From an uncultured Nitrososphaeria archaeon (GTDB lineage Archaea; Thermoproteota; Nitrososphaeria_A; Caldarchaeales; Wolframiiraptoraceae), in assembly GCA_964637915.1 (NCBI GenBank), contig CAZWXN010000003.1, positions 1-49,227 of the forward strand: a DNA stretch of 49,227 bases, written 5' to 3'. The notes under the pieces are model-generated. The model searched no databases. It was not told the origin of the DNA and saw only the letters and a program-made list of their open reading frames with translations. Shown in pieces: positions 10,039-19,956 of the stretch. Each line of letters opens with the position of its first letter. Within the stretch, counting starts at the first letter, position 1. A program made the position numbers and the translations under genes.

Positions 10039-10506
10039 TCATGTTATTGAAGGGTTTGAAAGCCTTTTCTTAGCCTCCTCAAGCGTCCGGCTTATGTTCT
10101 TCCAGTGAGACCCGCGCCAATACCTCTTGCCGCATCCGGGGCAAATCCACTCCTCCCTGCCAGACCTATGCTCCAAGTTTAGAGGGTGATTACAGACCGG
10201 GCATCTTGTGTGTCTCGGGTCGAAGCTTAGGCTTAGGCCAAGCTCACGCGCAATTCTCGCGAGGATCCCGGGTATATCGTTCTCATGGAATAGGAGTGCT
10301 CTTAGCCCCCTTCTCGCGGCAATCGCCGCTAGGCCCCTATCCATGGTGAGTATAACCCGGCCCTCAGCCTCAGCTATGCCTAGAACCTCTCTATCACCCC
10401 CGCCCCAGTAAATCGTATCGTATCCGAGTATCCTTAGCCATGAGATTACGTTCTTCAGCATGGCATCCGCGACGAATCTACAGCTCCTCGGCCCCTTTAC
10501 GCCCAC
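10039..10506 (-). CDS. Mut7-C RNase (PIN-like + Zn ribbon) domain protein
   Basis: FVADAML..WLRILGYD, RCPVCN..CPGCGKRYWRGSHW. Confidence 0.92.
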   Translation of the reverse strand: MGVKGPRSCRFVADAMLKNVISWLRILGYDTIYWGGGDREVLGIAEAEGRVILTMDRGLAAIAARRGLRALLFHENDIPGILARIARELGLSLSFDPRHTRCPVCNHPLNLEHRSGREEWICPGCGKRYWRGSHWKNISRTLEEAKKRLSNPSIT

Positions 10507-10539
10507 GCCTACAATAATGTAAACATGTGATGCTATCTT

Positions 10540-11253
10540 TTATGTTTCAGCGCGCTGCTGAAGCATCATCAGGGCATATCCTAGATCTGAGAGTCTGGGT
10601 ATAATCGCGAGGCCCAGCTCCATGATTATCATGGGCCTCCCCGCATCCCTCTTTATGAGAATCGCCTTCATTCCTGATGAGATGGCTCCTCCAATATCCT
10701 CAATGAGCTCGTCCCCGACATGCGCCGCCTCCTCGCTCGAGACCCCCATCGAATCGCATAGTTTCATGAATATCCTTCTATCCGGCTTGCCGATGCCGAC
10801 CTCGTCCGCGTATAGCTGCGCTTCGAGGAATCGTGAAAGCCCTGCACCCTCGATGACCTTCCTCGTCAGCCTTCCAGGCCAGTAGAAGACGTTACTGATC
10901 ACAGCGAGCCTAAACTCCCTCGACAAGTCCTCTAAGGTGCTCCATGCGTCGGGGTAGACCAGCTCGCATGGATCCATTATGCTAAAGGTGTCCTCCACGA
11001 CCCTTGAGACCACGTCCTGCGGAATGCGGAGCTTCTCGGCGAGCGCCTGCTGAGCGGCATCCACGATCACCGAGTCGCTGATCATCCCGGAAGCCCACTT
11101 GGGCTTAAGCTCCCTGTAAACGCTTATCATAACCCTGAGCATGGATCCCCCATCCATGCCGATCCGCTCGCCCAGCCTCTCAGCAATAGCCCTCGTTATC
11201 AGATCAAGCCTAAGCATAGTATTCCACGCATCGAGCGAGATAAGCCTGATCAT
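10540..11253 (-). CDS. HAD-superfamily hydrolase
   Basis: SLDAWNT, SN, KPDRRIF, HVGDELIEDIGGA. Confidence 0.9.
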   Translation of the reverse strand: MIRLISLDAWNTMLRLDLITRAIAERLGERIGMDGGSMLRVMISVYRELKPKWASGMISDSVIVDAAQQALAEKLRIPQDVVSRVVEDTFSIMDPCELVYPDAWSTLEDLSREFRLAVISNVFYWPGRLTRKVIEGAGLSRFLEAQLYADEVGIGKPDRRIFMKLCDSMGVSSEEAAHVGDELIEDIGGAISSGMKAILIKRDAGRPMIIMELGLAIIPRLSDLGYALMMLQQRAET

Positions 11254-11290
11254 TAAGGCTTGTGGATCTCGGGCGACTCAAATACCTTGA

Positions 11291-11878
11291 TTACTCCTCA
11301 CTTTCTTCCCCTCTTCTTCTCAGGAGATCAAGCCTGCAGTCCTCGCATAAGTATTGGCCCTCGACGTTTAGCAGCATGTCCGACCATTCCCCGCAGCTAT
11401 CGCAATATCCCTCGAGATATCCTTCACCGCTTCTCCTGAGAAGGCGGAGACCCATTATCTTCATGTTCTCTTTCACTATTTCAAGAATCTCCGGCGTCAC
11501 CTGCAATATGTCCTTGAGACTTACTATGCCCGCGAGCTTATTCTTATAGACCACGGCCAGCCTGCTAACGCCAAGCTTGTTCATCTTCCTGACAGCATCC
11601 TCGATTTTGGCCTCAGGATCTATCGTGTGGAGTGGTGTGGACATTATATCCCTCGCTCTTACATCGCCGGGCCTCGCATTCTTGGCAATAACCTTCTCAA
11701 CTAAGTCCGTCTTGGTTATGATCCCGAGCGGCGAGCCATCATCAGAGGTAACGATGACAGCTCCAACCTTATACTTCATCATCTTCTCAGCAATCTCCTG
11801 GGCGCTCTCATCCAAGCTACACTCTATCACGGGACTTGACATGACCTCGCGGACGAGCACTTCATCGGTAATCCTCAA
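11291..11878 (-). CDS. CBS-pair protein with C-terminal Zn ribbon
   Basis: Two CBS repeats; GYCDSCG..LCEDC. Confidence 0.92.
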   Translation of the reverse strand: MRITDEVLVREVMSSPVIECSLDESAQEIAEKMMKYKVGAVIVTSDDGSPLGIITKTDLVEKVIAKNARPGDVRARDIMSTPLHTIDPEAKIEDAVRKMNKLGVSRLAVVYKNKLAGIVSLKDILQVTPEILEIVKENMKIMGLRLLRRSGEGYLEGYCDSCGEWSDMLLNVEGQYLCEDCRLDLLRRRGEESEE

Positions 11879-12095
11879 GCCCTACCCCACTGCCAACATA
11901 ACCATATAGCCGGATGCTCTTAAATGTTTAAAGCATCCAGGATGCAAAGCCCCCACATAATCAGAACGCCATATTTCGCAAGCAGCTCAACAATATTGCT
12001 CTCGGAATGATCATGTAGAAGATGTTCGAGGCTAGTTTACGTTTCCCCCGCAAGAGTATACAAGTGCCGGCCATTGGTTCATCAGCTTATAAGGG

Positions 12096-12119
12096 AATTT
12101 ATACATTATTGTGTAAATT
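12096..12119. promoter_or_regulatory. Imperfect palindrome, candidate operator upstream of the ECF operon TATA box
   Basis: AATTTATACA-TTAT-TGTGTAAATT about 20 bp upstream of TTTTTATA (~12141-12148). Confidence 0.4.
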
Positions 12120-12172
12120 GTATGTCTAAATGCTCAGAATTTTTTATATTTTCGTGTAAAAGACCGTTTGCC

Positions 12173-12736
12173 ATGAGCAGTGAAGCGATAAGATATTCTC
12201 GGCCTGATGCCTTGACAGCCATAGCCTATACTGTTATGGCTGCAGCGGTGACTGGCGTGGGCTTCCTCCTAACGGCACCGATACCTCTGATCCCAGGCGC
12301 TATTCACTGGAGGGTCTTGGCATTCCTCCCATGCGTCTTTGGAGTTCTCTTCGGCCCTGTTATAGGATTTCTCGCGGGCGCGCTGGGCAACACGCTATGG
12401 GCCGTCCTAGGCGGATACTTTAACCCAGCCACACCAATATTCGACTTAGTCGGCGTCGGCTTGACTGGGCTAATCCCAGGGCTCTTCTGCAAGCCCGAAG
12501 ATTCTCTAAGCTCGAAAGGCCTCCTCAAGATCATGATCATCTCGTTCATCTCAGGCATAATCATGGTGCCGATAGTCGCCATAGGCTTTGACTGGGTTGG
12601 GGTAGCGCCTTTCGGGCCAGCTATAATGTTCCTAGCATTAAGCGATCTACCGCCGATCCTCATTGGAACACCAATAGTCGTGAAGGCTGTAGTCCCGCCG
12701 CTGCTTAGGAGGAGGCTTCTAAAATGGAGGCTATAG
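12173..12736 (+). CDS. ECF transporter S (substrate-binding) component
   Basis: Small hydrophobic protein with GVLFGPVIGFLAGALGN, first gene of an A-A'/T operon; start placed by TATA spacing. Confidence 0.85.
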   Translation: MSSEAIRYSRPDALTAIAYTVMAAAVTGVGFLLTAPIPLIPGAIHWRVLAFLPCVFGVLFGPVIGFLAGALGNTLWAVLGGYFNPATPIFDLVGVGLTGLIPGLFCKPEDSLSSKGLLKIMIISFISGIIMVPIVAIGFDWVGVAPFGPAIMFLALSDLPPILIGTPIVVKAVVPPLLRRRLLKWRL

Positions 12737-14202
12737 GCGAAGACAGGCTTAGAGTTGAGAATCTCGGATGCAGATATGATAAAGACTGGATCTTCAGGAA
12801 CTTAAGCTTTGAGGTAAAGCCTGGAGAGGCTGTCGCGATCGTTGGCCCAAGCGGCTCAGGCAAAACGACGCTAGCATACTGTCTGGTCGGCATAATACCA
12901 AACAGGATAAAAGCTGAGGTTGAGGGAAGAGTCATAGTTAATGATAGGAATGTGCACACATCAAAGATCCAAGAGAACGTGAAGCTGATAAACATTGTTA
13001 TGCAAAACTATGAGATGCAGATCTTCGGTCTCACGGTGGAGGAGGACTTGGCCTTCAGCCTAGAAAACCTCGGTCTAGACGATCATGAGATAGAGGCGAA
13101 AGTTAGGTGGGCGCTGGAGAAGTTCGGCCTAATGAATTATAGGACGTATTATGTCCATGAGCTATCAGGAGGGCTCAAGCAGAGGCTTGCAATAGCATCC
13201 GCGATAATCATGGCCCCGAAATACCTAGTGATGGATGAGCCGACGGCTAATCTAGACTGGGAAGGGATCGTGGAGCTCGCTAAAACGATTAACATGCTAA
13301 AGATGGATGGCAAGGGCCTAATCGTGATGACGAGAAGACTCAAGGGGCTGGAAAACTCCATTGACAGGATAATATCCCTAAATGGAGAAAGCATGCAGAT
13401 AAAGCCCGAGGTGAAACTATGCGAGAATGCTCCACCCCCATCACCCTTCCATGGAAGCGACCCCGTGGTAACGTTTGAGAATGTTTGGTTCAGATACTCT
13501 AAGGATAAGAATTACGTGCTGAGAGAAATTGATTTAGAGATTTTCAGGGGCCAGTGTGTGGCTTTGATGGGGCCAAATGGCTCCGGTAAAACAACTCTGG
13601 TCAAGCATATTAATGGTCTGCTCAAGCCGATTAAGGGGAGGGTTATCATTCTAGGCAAAGATACTAGGAGGTATAGCACCGCGCAGCTATCGAGGTCTGT
13701 GGGCATGGTTTTTCAGGATCCGGACAAGCATATAACATGTGAGACAGTTTGGGATGAGGTTGTATTCGGGGCGAGGAACCTAGGCTTAAGCGAGAAATAT
13801 GCGGAGGACGCGCTTAGGGATCTCGGCCTTATTGATCGCAAGGATGATCCACCATACCTCCTCAGCATGGGTGAGAAGATTAGGCTCTCGATAGCGGGAG
13901 CTCTCGCGATGAATCCTGAGATCCTGATACTAGATGAGCCCACAACAGGACAGGATGAAAGAACGCTGGCAACAATCTCATCTATGATAAGCCGCCTAAA
14001 GTCAATGGGCAAAACAATAATCGTGGTAACACATGATAGCGACTTCGCGTTAAGTGTAAGCGACAGAGTAATAGTGATGAGAGATGGCACTATAGCGGCT
14101 GATGGATCTCCTCGAGAGATCCTCTTGAATCGGCTTGTTGTCGAGGAGCTGGGGCTGGAGCCTCCGGCCGAGCTTCTGGAGCTCGCGGAGGTGGTGGCGT
14201 GA
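12724..14202 (+). CDS. ECF transporter fused double ATPase
   Basis: Two Walker A motifs (GPSGSGKT, GPNGSGKT), two DEPT motifs, FQDPD. Confidence 0.93.
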   Translation: MEAIGEDRLRVENLGCRYDKDWIFRNLSFEVKPGEAVAIVGPSGSGKTTLAYCLVGIIPNRIKAEVEGRVIVNDRNVHTSKIQENVKLINIVMQNYEMQIFGLTVEEDLAFSLENLGLDDHEIEAKVRWALEKFGLMNYRTYYVHELSGGLKQRLAIASAIIMAPKYLVMDEPTANLDWEGIVELAKTINMLKMDGKGLIVMTRRLKGLENSIDRIISLNGESMQIKPEVKLCENAPPPSPFHGSDPVVTFENVWFRYSKDKNYVLREIDLEIFRGQCVALMGPNGSGKTTLVKHINGLLKPIKGRVIILGKDTRRYSTAQLSRSVGMVFQDPDKHITCETVWDEVVFGARNLGLSEKYAEDALRDLGLIDRKDDPPYLLSMGEKIRLSIAGALAMNPEILILDEPTTGQDERTLATISSMISRLKSMGKTIIVVTHDSDFALSVSDRVIVMRDGTIAADGSPREILLNRLVVEELGLEPPAELLELAEVVA

Positions 14203-14921
14203 TGGCCGACCTAGATCTCGATCCGAGAACAAAGATTATCGCCTTCTCCTCGGTTATCGCATTGGCCTTTATAAGCAAGGACCTTCTCGTGATCGCCGCC
14301 TTAGCAGCGGCTATGATGGCCGCGCTGCTCCTCAGTGATAAACGAGGCTTCATAATGAGGGGCTTAAAGGGCATGATCCCCCTCCTCATAATCGCGTTTC
14401 TATTATGGTCATTCATGCATGAATGGTCTCTATTCCAGCGCTATGAGAGCGGCGTCAACCTACAGCTCGGCGTATTCATGAGCTTAAGGCTGTTTCTGAT
14501 ACTATTAACCTCACTTGGGTTTGTCGCGACAATTGGCATGAGGGATCTCGTTAACGCACTGAACTCCTTCAGGCTTCCATATAAGGCGGTCTTCGTGCTT
14601 GGCCTTACGATGAGGCACCTACACACCATAGCTGAGGACTATAAAGCCATCAAGGAGGCGCAGTCATCAAGAGGACTCGAGCTGGACAGGGGCTCACTAT
14701 TTAGGAGGATTAAGAACTATGTACCTGTCCTGATCCCCCTATTCGTTAGAAGTATTGAGAATGCGGAGAGGCTTACCCTAGCGATGGAGCTTAGATCATT
14801 CTCGCTCAATAGGAGGAGGTCATCAAATCGGGAGCTCAAGATCTTGGACCTCGTCATAATTGGGGGCTTCATATCGGCCTTGACCCTAGCAGCTCTCCAT
14901 TACTTGTTTGCGGTGATCTAA
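14199..14921 (+). CDS. ecfT: ECF transporter T component
   Basis: LDPRTK, AQSSRG, AMELRSF. Confidence 0.92.
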   Translation: MMADLDLDPRTKIIAFSSVIALAFISKDLLVIAALAAAMMAALLLSDKRGFIMRGLKGMIPLLIIAFLLWSFMHEWSLFQRYESGVNLQLGVFMSLRLFLILLTSLGFVATIGMRDLVNALNSFRLPYKAVFVLGLTMRHLHTIAEDYKAIKEAQSSRGLELDRGSLFRRIKNYVPVLIPLFVRSIENAERLTLAMELRSFSLNRRRSSNRELKILDLVIIGGFISALTLAALHYLFAVI

Positions 14922-14922
14922 G

Positions 14923-15543
14923 ATGCTTGAGCGCGTTGAGCTATATAGAGGTCAAGAATCTCATAGGGTTTGCGTGGCTGGCGTCGTCAGGTATCTGCCC
15001 CTAGTTCAGGTGGATAAGGGCTTATGGATAGCCTCTAATGGTGGGATAATTTTCGGCGATATAGAGTTCATCTCGGCGGCGGCGAGGGCTATTGCGGAGA
15101 GGCTAAAGCCGTTAAGGCCCGATATCATAATTACCCCGGAGGCTAAGGCCATAGCCTTCGCATATGAGGTCGCGAAATCACTAGCCCATAAGAGACTTGT
15201 CGTAGCTAGGAAAAGCATCAAAGCATACATGAGAGATTATCTCGTTGAGGAGGTCAAGTCCATAACCACGAGAGAGAGGCAGATAATGATATTAACCAAG
15301 GAAGATGTTGAAGAGGTCTCCGGTAAGAGGGTCTGTATACTCGATGATGTCGTCTCAACTGGTGGAACAATAAACGCGCTGGAAAAGCTTGTTAAGAGAG
15401 CTGGGGGAAAGCCGATATGCAAGGCAGCAATATGGATAGAGGGGCCATGGTATCGAGATGGCCTAATCTACCTAGGAGAGCTGCCGGTATTTGTCACAGA
15501 AGATAAACTGAGGGAGCTTGAGGAAGCTCTAGCTCATCCCTAA
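14923..15543 (+). CDS. Purine (adenine-type) phosphoribosyltransferase family
   Basis: TPEAKAI, ARKSIKAYM, SITT, PRPP loop ILDDVVSTGGT. Confidence 0.88.
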   Translation: MLERVELYRGQESHRVCVAGVVRYLPLVQVDKGLWIASNGGIIFGDIEFISAAARAIAERLKPLRPDIIITPEAKAIAFAYEVAKSLAHKRLVVARKSIKAYMRDYLVEEVKSITTRERQIMILTKEDVEEVSGKRVCILDDVVSTGGTINALEKLVKRAGGKPICKAAIWIEGPWYRDGLIYLGELPVFVTEDKLRELEEALAHP

Positions 15544-15565
15544 GACCTCATGTGCTCTGTGAATA

Positions 15566-17515
15566 TCATTGCTTAATTCCCAGCTCTTCGACGGCCTCAA
15601 TTATATTTCCTCTTCCATAGGGTATTATCTCCTTTATCTGCTCCTTTAGACCCCTTATTGTTTTTGAGTCTAGTTCGATGCCCGAGAGGAGTTTTTTGAG
15701 GATCATGTCCACGAGCTCGTCTGCCTGTTTACTCCCCGGCTCGAGCTTCACGTATGATTTGGCTCTCCCGGCCACGGCTGTTGGCGGGCCATATACCAGC
15801 TCAAGATCCTCCGTGATCCCTATTGCCAGCTCAAGCCTTGTTTGAATATAATGCCTCTCGCCCTTTATGATGAAGCCTCCTCTCGGGAGATAATGGCCCG
15901 GCGGCGGCTCAAAGGATATCTGGCCCGGCTCGACATAATAGACCGTCATCGTCCTTAACCCCTCTTTCCATGCCCTGCTATAGACCGCGGCGAACTGCGC
16001 TGCCTCTATCCTCGACCGCTCGCCGGATAATCTTCCATTCTTCAGGATAACCGCCGCGGCCCCCCTAACCTCCGCGTGAAAAACCAAGTCATCGGGCTCC
16101 AAGTGCTTCTTCAGTAGGGCTATGTTGCTTGATGCATCCTTGCCAGCCACCGCAAGGAAGCCCTCGGACGTGATGACCCATCTATACCTCTCATACCACT
16201 TGGCCCTGCTCGGCTTAATCCTCGCAGACACCCTGAGCAGCAGCTCCTCAGCAGACCTTCTCATCGACTCCCTAAGCTTCTCGGCGCGCTTCCCAAGCTC
16301 ATCGGCCTCCGCCCTCAGCTTCTCCGCCGCGCTCATCACCCTCTTGGCCTCATCGAATATCCGTGAGGCCTGCCTCATAACCGGCTCATCAAGACTCAGC
16401 TCAACCTCGACGCCATCATCGGAGACAAGCATCCTCCTGCTCCTTTCATCAACGCTTATCCTCACCCCAACAATATCATGTTTCCCCGGCACATGCTTTA
16501 GGGATTCGATTTGGCCCGATGCTTGAAAGAGCTTCTCAGCAATCTTCCTCAACCCCACTGCCCGAGCCGAGAGCTCATCAGCCTTAGCTCGCCTCTCCTC
16601 AATCCTCTTCTCGAGATCCCTAAGCTTCTCCTCCAAGGCCCTCCTCTTTTCCCGCTCGAGCATGCTGGCCAGGTAATGCTCATAGGAGATCCTGAAGGCT
16701 TCATTCAGGCTTTCAGCCTTTTCAAATCTCCAGCCCCTAGACTCATAGATTTTCATGGGGTATGGTAGTGGCTGGACCACGCCATCGGGGGAGAAGGCGA
16801 CGACTGGTTGGCCATTATCAATCATCGCGAAGACCTCTCGTGCCGCCTCCAATATCCTAGAGACCTCCTCCGCGCTAAGCTCGCTAATCTTTCTCGAGCG
16901 ATCGATCCCAGCGAGCTGTAGTATCTCCTCAGCATATCTTCCACCAAGCCCAGCCTCCGAAGCGAGGATGGATACAATCTTCTTCTCCGGCGCATGCCGC
17001 CTCTCCAAAACCTCTTTCAAGGTCTCGAGTGAGGGCGCCGGCCTGCGTGGTGGGAGAATATACTGTTCCCCGGGAGCTATCCGCCTATCCCGCATCTCCA
17101 GCCTCTGAAGGCATGCAAGTATCCTGCCAGCCTCATCCGAGACCACGATAGTCCCCTTTGGGAGGAACTCGCAAATCAGATTGAGCCTCTGCCTACCCTC
17201 CAGCTCCATTATCAGGATTCTCTCGCCCTCGACCAAGCTAACCCCGCTTACCCTCATGTCCTCAATCAGGCTCCTCATCATCTTACCAACCTGCGAAAGC
17301 TCAATAGGCTTCTCATAGCCACCATGAACAAGGTAAAAGAATAGGCCCGGCACTATCCTAAGCTCCCCGGAAAAACTATCGGACCTAAGCTTAAGAATAA
17401 TCGACCCATCATTCATGTGATAGAGCTTGAGGATCCTAGCTCCAAATATTAGGCCCGAGATCTCCCCAAGAGCCCTCCTGAGCTCCAAGTATGATGCAGG
17501 CTCCAATCCTTCCAC
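15566..17515 (-). CDS. rqcH: Rqc2/NEMF (RqcH, NFACT) ribosome quality-control protein
   Basis: ERIL..E, GLGGRYAEEI, KWYERYRW, GKDASSN, FHAEVRGA, YSRAW, YLPRGGFII. Confidence 0.93.
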   Translation of the reverse strand: MEGLEPASYLELRRALGEISGLIFGARILKLYHMNDGSIILKLRSDSFSGELRIVPGLFFYLVHGGYEKPIELSQVGKMMRSLIEDMRVSGVSLVEGERILIMELEGRQRLNLICEFLPKGTIVVSDEAGRILACLQRLEMRDRRIAPGEQYILPPRRPAPSLETLKEVLERRHAPEKKIVSILASEAGLGGRYAEEILQLAGIDRSRKISELSAEEVSRILEAAREVFAMIDNGQPVVAFSPDGVVQPLPYPMKIYESRGWRFEKAESLNEAFRISYEHYLASMLEREKRRALEEKLRDLEKRIEERRAKADELSARAVGLRKIAEKLFQASGQIESLKHVPGKHDIVGVRISVDERSRRMLVSDDGVEVELSLDEPVMRQASRIFDEAKRVMSAAEKLRAEADELGKRAEKLRESMRRSAEELLLRVSARIKPSRAKWYERYRWVITSEGFLAVAGKDASSNIALLKKHLEPDDLVFHAEVRGAAAVILKNGRLSGERSRIEAAQFAAVYSRAWKEGLRTMTVYYVEPGQISFEPPPGHYLPRGGFIIKGERHYIQTRLELAIGITEDLELVYGPPTAVAGRAKSYVKLEPGSKQADELVDMILKKLLSGIELDSKTIRGLKEQIKEIIPYGRGNIIEAVEELGIKQ

Positions 17516-17618
17516 CAGCCCTCTCCAGCCCCATCATTCTAGGCGAATCCTTTTATTAACAAGTGTTGCCCGCAAACATTAAGAGATCTTGGCTTTCCGG
17601 ATTCTAGGTGGCGCGGCC

Positions 17619-17888
17619 TTGAAGCTCGAGGACAAGCTTTACTGGGCTAGGTTCTTTGGCGGTTTGATGATGGGTTCATTAACAGCTCTCCTGAGGCTGT
17701 ATGAGCCGACTATATTCCTCGGGATAGCGCTCGCCATCGCCGTCTACGTAATTTCAGCGATCATACTTAGGATAATATTGCCCCAGGAGCAGAGGATGAT
17801 GCTTGGGAGGAGATTATACTTGAGCGGGGCAACTGCCTATGGAGCTATGTGGATCATCAGCCTGATAATCGTCTTCAACATACTTTGA
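17619..17888 (+). CDS. Small 3-TM protein resembling the EMC6/Rab5ip family
   Basis: YW.R..GG...G...ALL first helix, G...Y...WI third helix; AGGTGG SD before TTG 17619. Confidence 0.55.
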   Translation: MKLEDKLYWARFFGGLMMGSLTALLRLYEPTIFLGIALAIAVYVISAIILRIILPQEQRMMLGRRLYLSGATAYGAMWIISLIIVFNIL

Positions 17889-17944
17889 TCAGCATCAATA
17901 ACTGGGCTTAAATTTAATAGGAAGACCCTCATCATCACGTGAAG

Positions 17945-19948
17945 ATGAGTGGAAGATCCCTTGACGAGGTTATCATAAATACCATCAGGTTTCTCAGCCT
18001 TGATCAGATTGAACGCGCAAAATCCGGCCATCCTGGAATGCCCCTAGGAGCAGCTCATATAGCACATCTAATCTTCAGCAGGTTCCTAAAGTTCAATCCC
18101 AAGAACCCGAAGTGGATTGATAGGGACAGGTTTGTCCTCTCCGCAGGACACGCTAGCGCTATGCTATATGCGACACTCTTCGTGAACGGCTATGATATAA
18201 CACTTGATGATCTTAAGAGGTTTAGGCAGCTTGATAGCATAACGCCTGGTCATCCGGAGAGCTGGCTGACACCGGGCGTCGAGACCACTACGGGGCCTCT
18301 TGGTCAAGGTCTCGGGAACTCGGTTGGAATGGCGATCGCTGAGAAATATCTCTCAAGCTACTTCAATAGAAAGGGTTTCAACATAATTGACCATTACACC
18401 TACGTGCTATGCAGTGATGGCGATCTTATGGAGGGGGTGTCAAGCGAGGTAGGTGCTCTCGCCGGCCACTTAAAGCTCAATAAACTAATCGTCATATGGG
18501 ATAATAACAGGGTCTCGATAGATGGGCCGACGTCGCTTGCATGGTCCGAGAATGTTGTGGAGAGGTTTGAGGGATTTGGCTGGCATGTCCAGAATATTGA
18601 GGATGGATATGATCTTGACGCGCTTGAGAAGGCCTTGAGAAGGGCGAGGGAGGAGATGTCTAAGCCCTCATTCATAGCTGTGAGGACGCATCTAGCCTAT
18701 GGGACTCCTATGCAGGATGATTGCAGGGCGCATGGTGCTCCGCTCGGAAAGGAGGTCGTGATGGAGGTTAAGAAGAGGGCTGGATGGCCGCTGGAGGAAT
18801 TCCATGTACCCGAGGAGGTTTGGGAGTATAGGAGGAGGAAGATCGAGGAGGGTGAGCGGAGGGAGGCCGAGTGGAGGAAGCTCTTCGAGAAGTATCGCGA
18901 GAATTACCCGGAGCTCGCCGACCTCCTAATAAGGGCGTTTAATAGGGATTGGGGCACCGAGTATAGGAAGCATCTACCCACCTTCAGTAAGGATGAGGAG
19001 CTCGCCACCCGACAGGCGAATAATAAGGTGATCAACGCGATCACGAAGTATCTGCCCTTGATGATCGGGGGGTCCGCGGATCTCGCGGAGTCCACCGGCA
19101 CATATCTCCATGACTATGGCAGCTTTCAAGCCGATAATCCTCTTGGCAGGTTCATACACTATGGTGTCAGGGAGCATGCGATGGGGGCCATAATGAATGG
19201 CATGGCATATCATGGCGGGATCCTGCCATATGGTGGAACATTCCTCGTCTTCTCAGATTATATGAGACCCCCGATCAGGCTCGCGGCGATGGCTAGGCTA
19301 CAGGTTATCTACGTATTTACTCATGACTCGGTCTGGGTGGGGGAGGATGGGCCCACGCATCAGCCCGTGGAGCAGCTTTCATCCCTCAGGCTCATACCAA
19401 ACATGTGGGTCATTAGACCATGTGATGCGAATGAGGTTGCGGTCGCGTGGGATATGGCGATAAGCCGGAAAGATGGCCCCACCGCCATAATTCTCACTAG
19501 GCAGAAGGTCCCAACCCTTGATAGGAGCATATATCCGCCAGCCGAGAGCATAAGGAGGGGAGCATATGTCTTGGCGGATGCAAGGGATGGCGAGCCCGAT
19601 CTCCTCATCATAGCCTCGGGCTCCGAGGTGCACATAGCCCTCGATGCAAAGAAGATACTTGAGAGCCGGGGGCTCAGGGTAAGGGTTGTCAACATGGCAT
19701 CATTCGAGGTCTTCGAGCTCCAAGATGAGGAGTATAAGAGAAGCGTCATTCCAAGATACATCAAGCGAAGAGTCGCGATAGAGGCTGGGGTGGGGCTCTG
19801 CTGGTACAAGTATGTCGGGGAGGATGGCCTCGTGATAAGCATCGAAAGGTTTGGGAAGTCGGCGCCCTACAAAGACCTGATAAAGGACTTCGGCTTCACC
19901 CCTGAGGCTGTCGTCGAGAGAATCATTAAGCACTTCGGGCTGGAGTAG
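17945..19948 (+). CDS. tkt: Transketolase, full-length bacterial type
   Basis: SGHPGMPLG, RDRFVLSAGH, TTGPLGQG, DGDLMEG, GVREHAM, THDSVWVGEDGPTHQP. Confidence 0.98.
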   Translation: MSGRSLDEVIINTIRFLSLDQIERAKSGHPGMPLGAAHIAHLIFSRFLKFNPKNPKWIDRDRFVLSAGHASAMLYATLFVNGYDITLDDLKRFRQLDSITPGHPESWLTPGVETTTGPLGQGLGNSVGMAIAEKYLSSYFNRKGFNIIDHYTYVLCSDGDLMEGVSSEVGALAGHLKLNKLIVIWDNNRVSIDGPTSLAWSENVVERFEGFGWHVQNIEDGYDLDALEKALRRAREEMSKPSFIAVRTHLAYGTPMQDDCRAHGAPLGKEVVMEVKKRAGWPLEEFHVPEEVWEYRRRKIEEGERREAEWRKLFEKYRENYPELADLLIRAFNRDWGTEYRKHLPTFSKDEELATRQANNKVINAITKYLPLMIGGSADLAESTGTYLHDYGSFQADNPLGRFIHYGVREHAMGAIMNGMAYHGGILPYGGTFLVFSDYMRPPIRLAAMARLQVIYVFTHDSVWVGEDGPTHQPVEQLSSLRLIPNMWVIRPCDANEVAVAWDMAISRKDGPTAIILTRQKVPTLDRSIYPPAESIRRGAYVLADARDGEPDLLIIASGSEVHIALDAKKILESRGLRVRVVNMASFEVFELQDEEYKRSVIPRYIKRRVAIEAGVGLCWYKYVGEDGLVISIERFGKSAPYKDLIKDFGFTPEAVVERIIKHFGLE

Positions 19949-19956
19949 ACTTTTCC

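Noticed and set aside
17889-17938. Minus-strand ATGATGA...CTGA resembling a box C/D sRNA, with GGGTCTTC complementary to 23S GAAGACCC
   Set aside because: No recognisable D'/C' boxes, short spacing, only an 8-nt match, and the interval is explained as the tkt promoter
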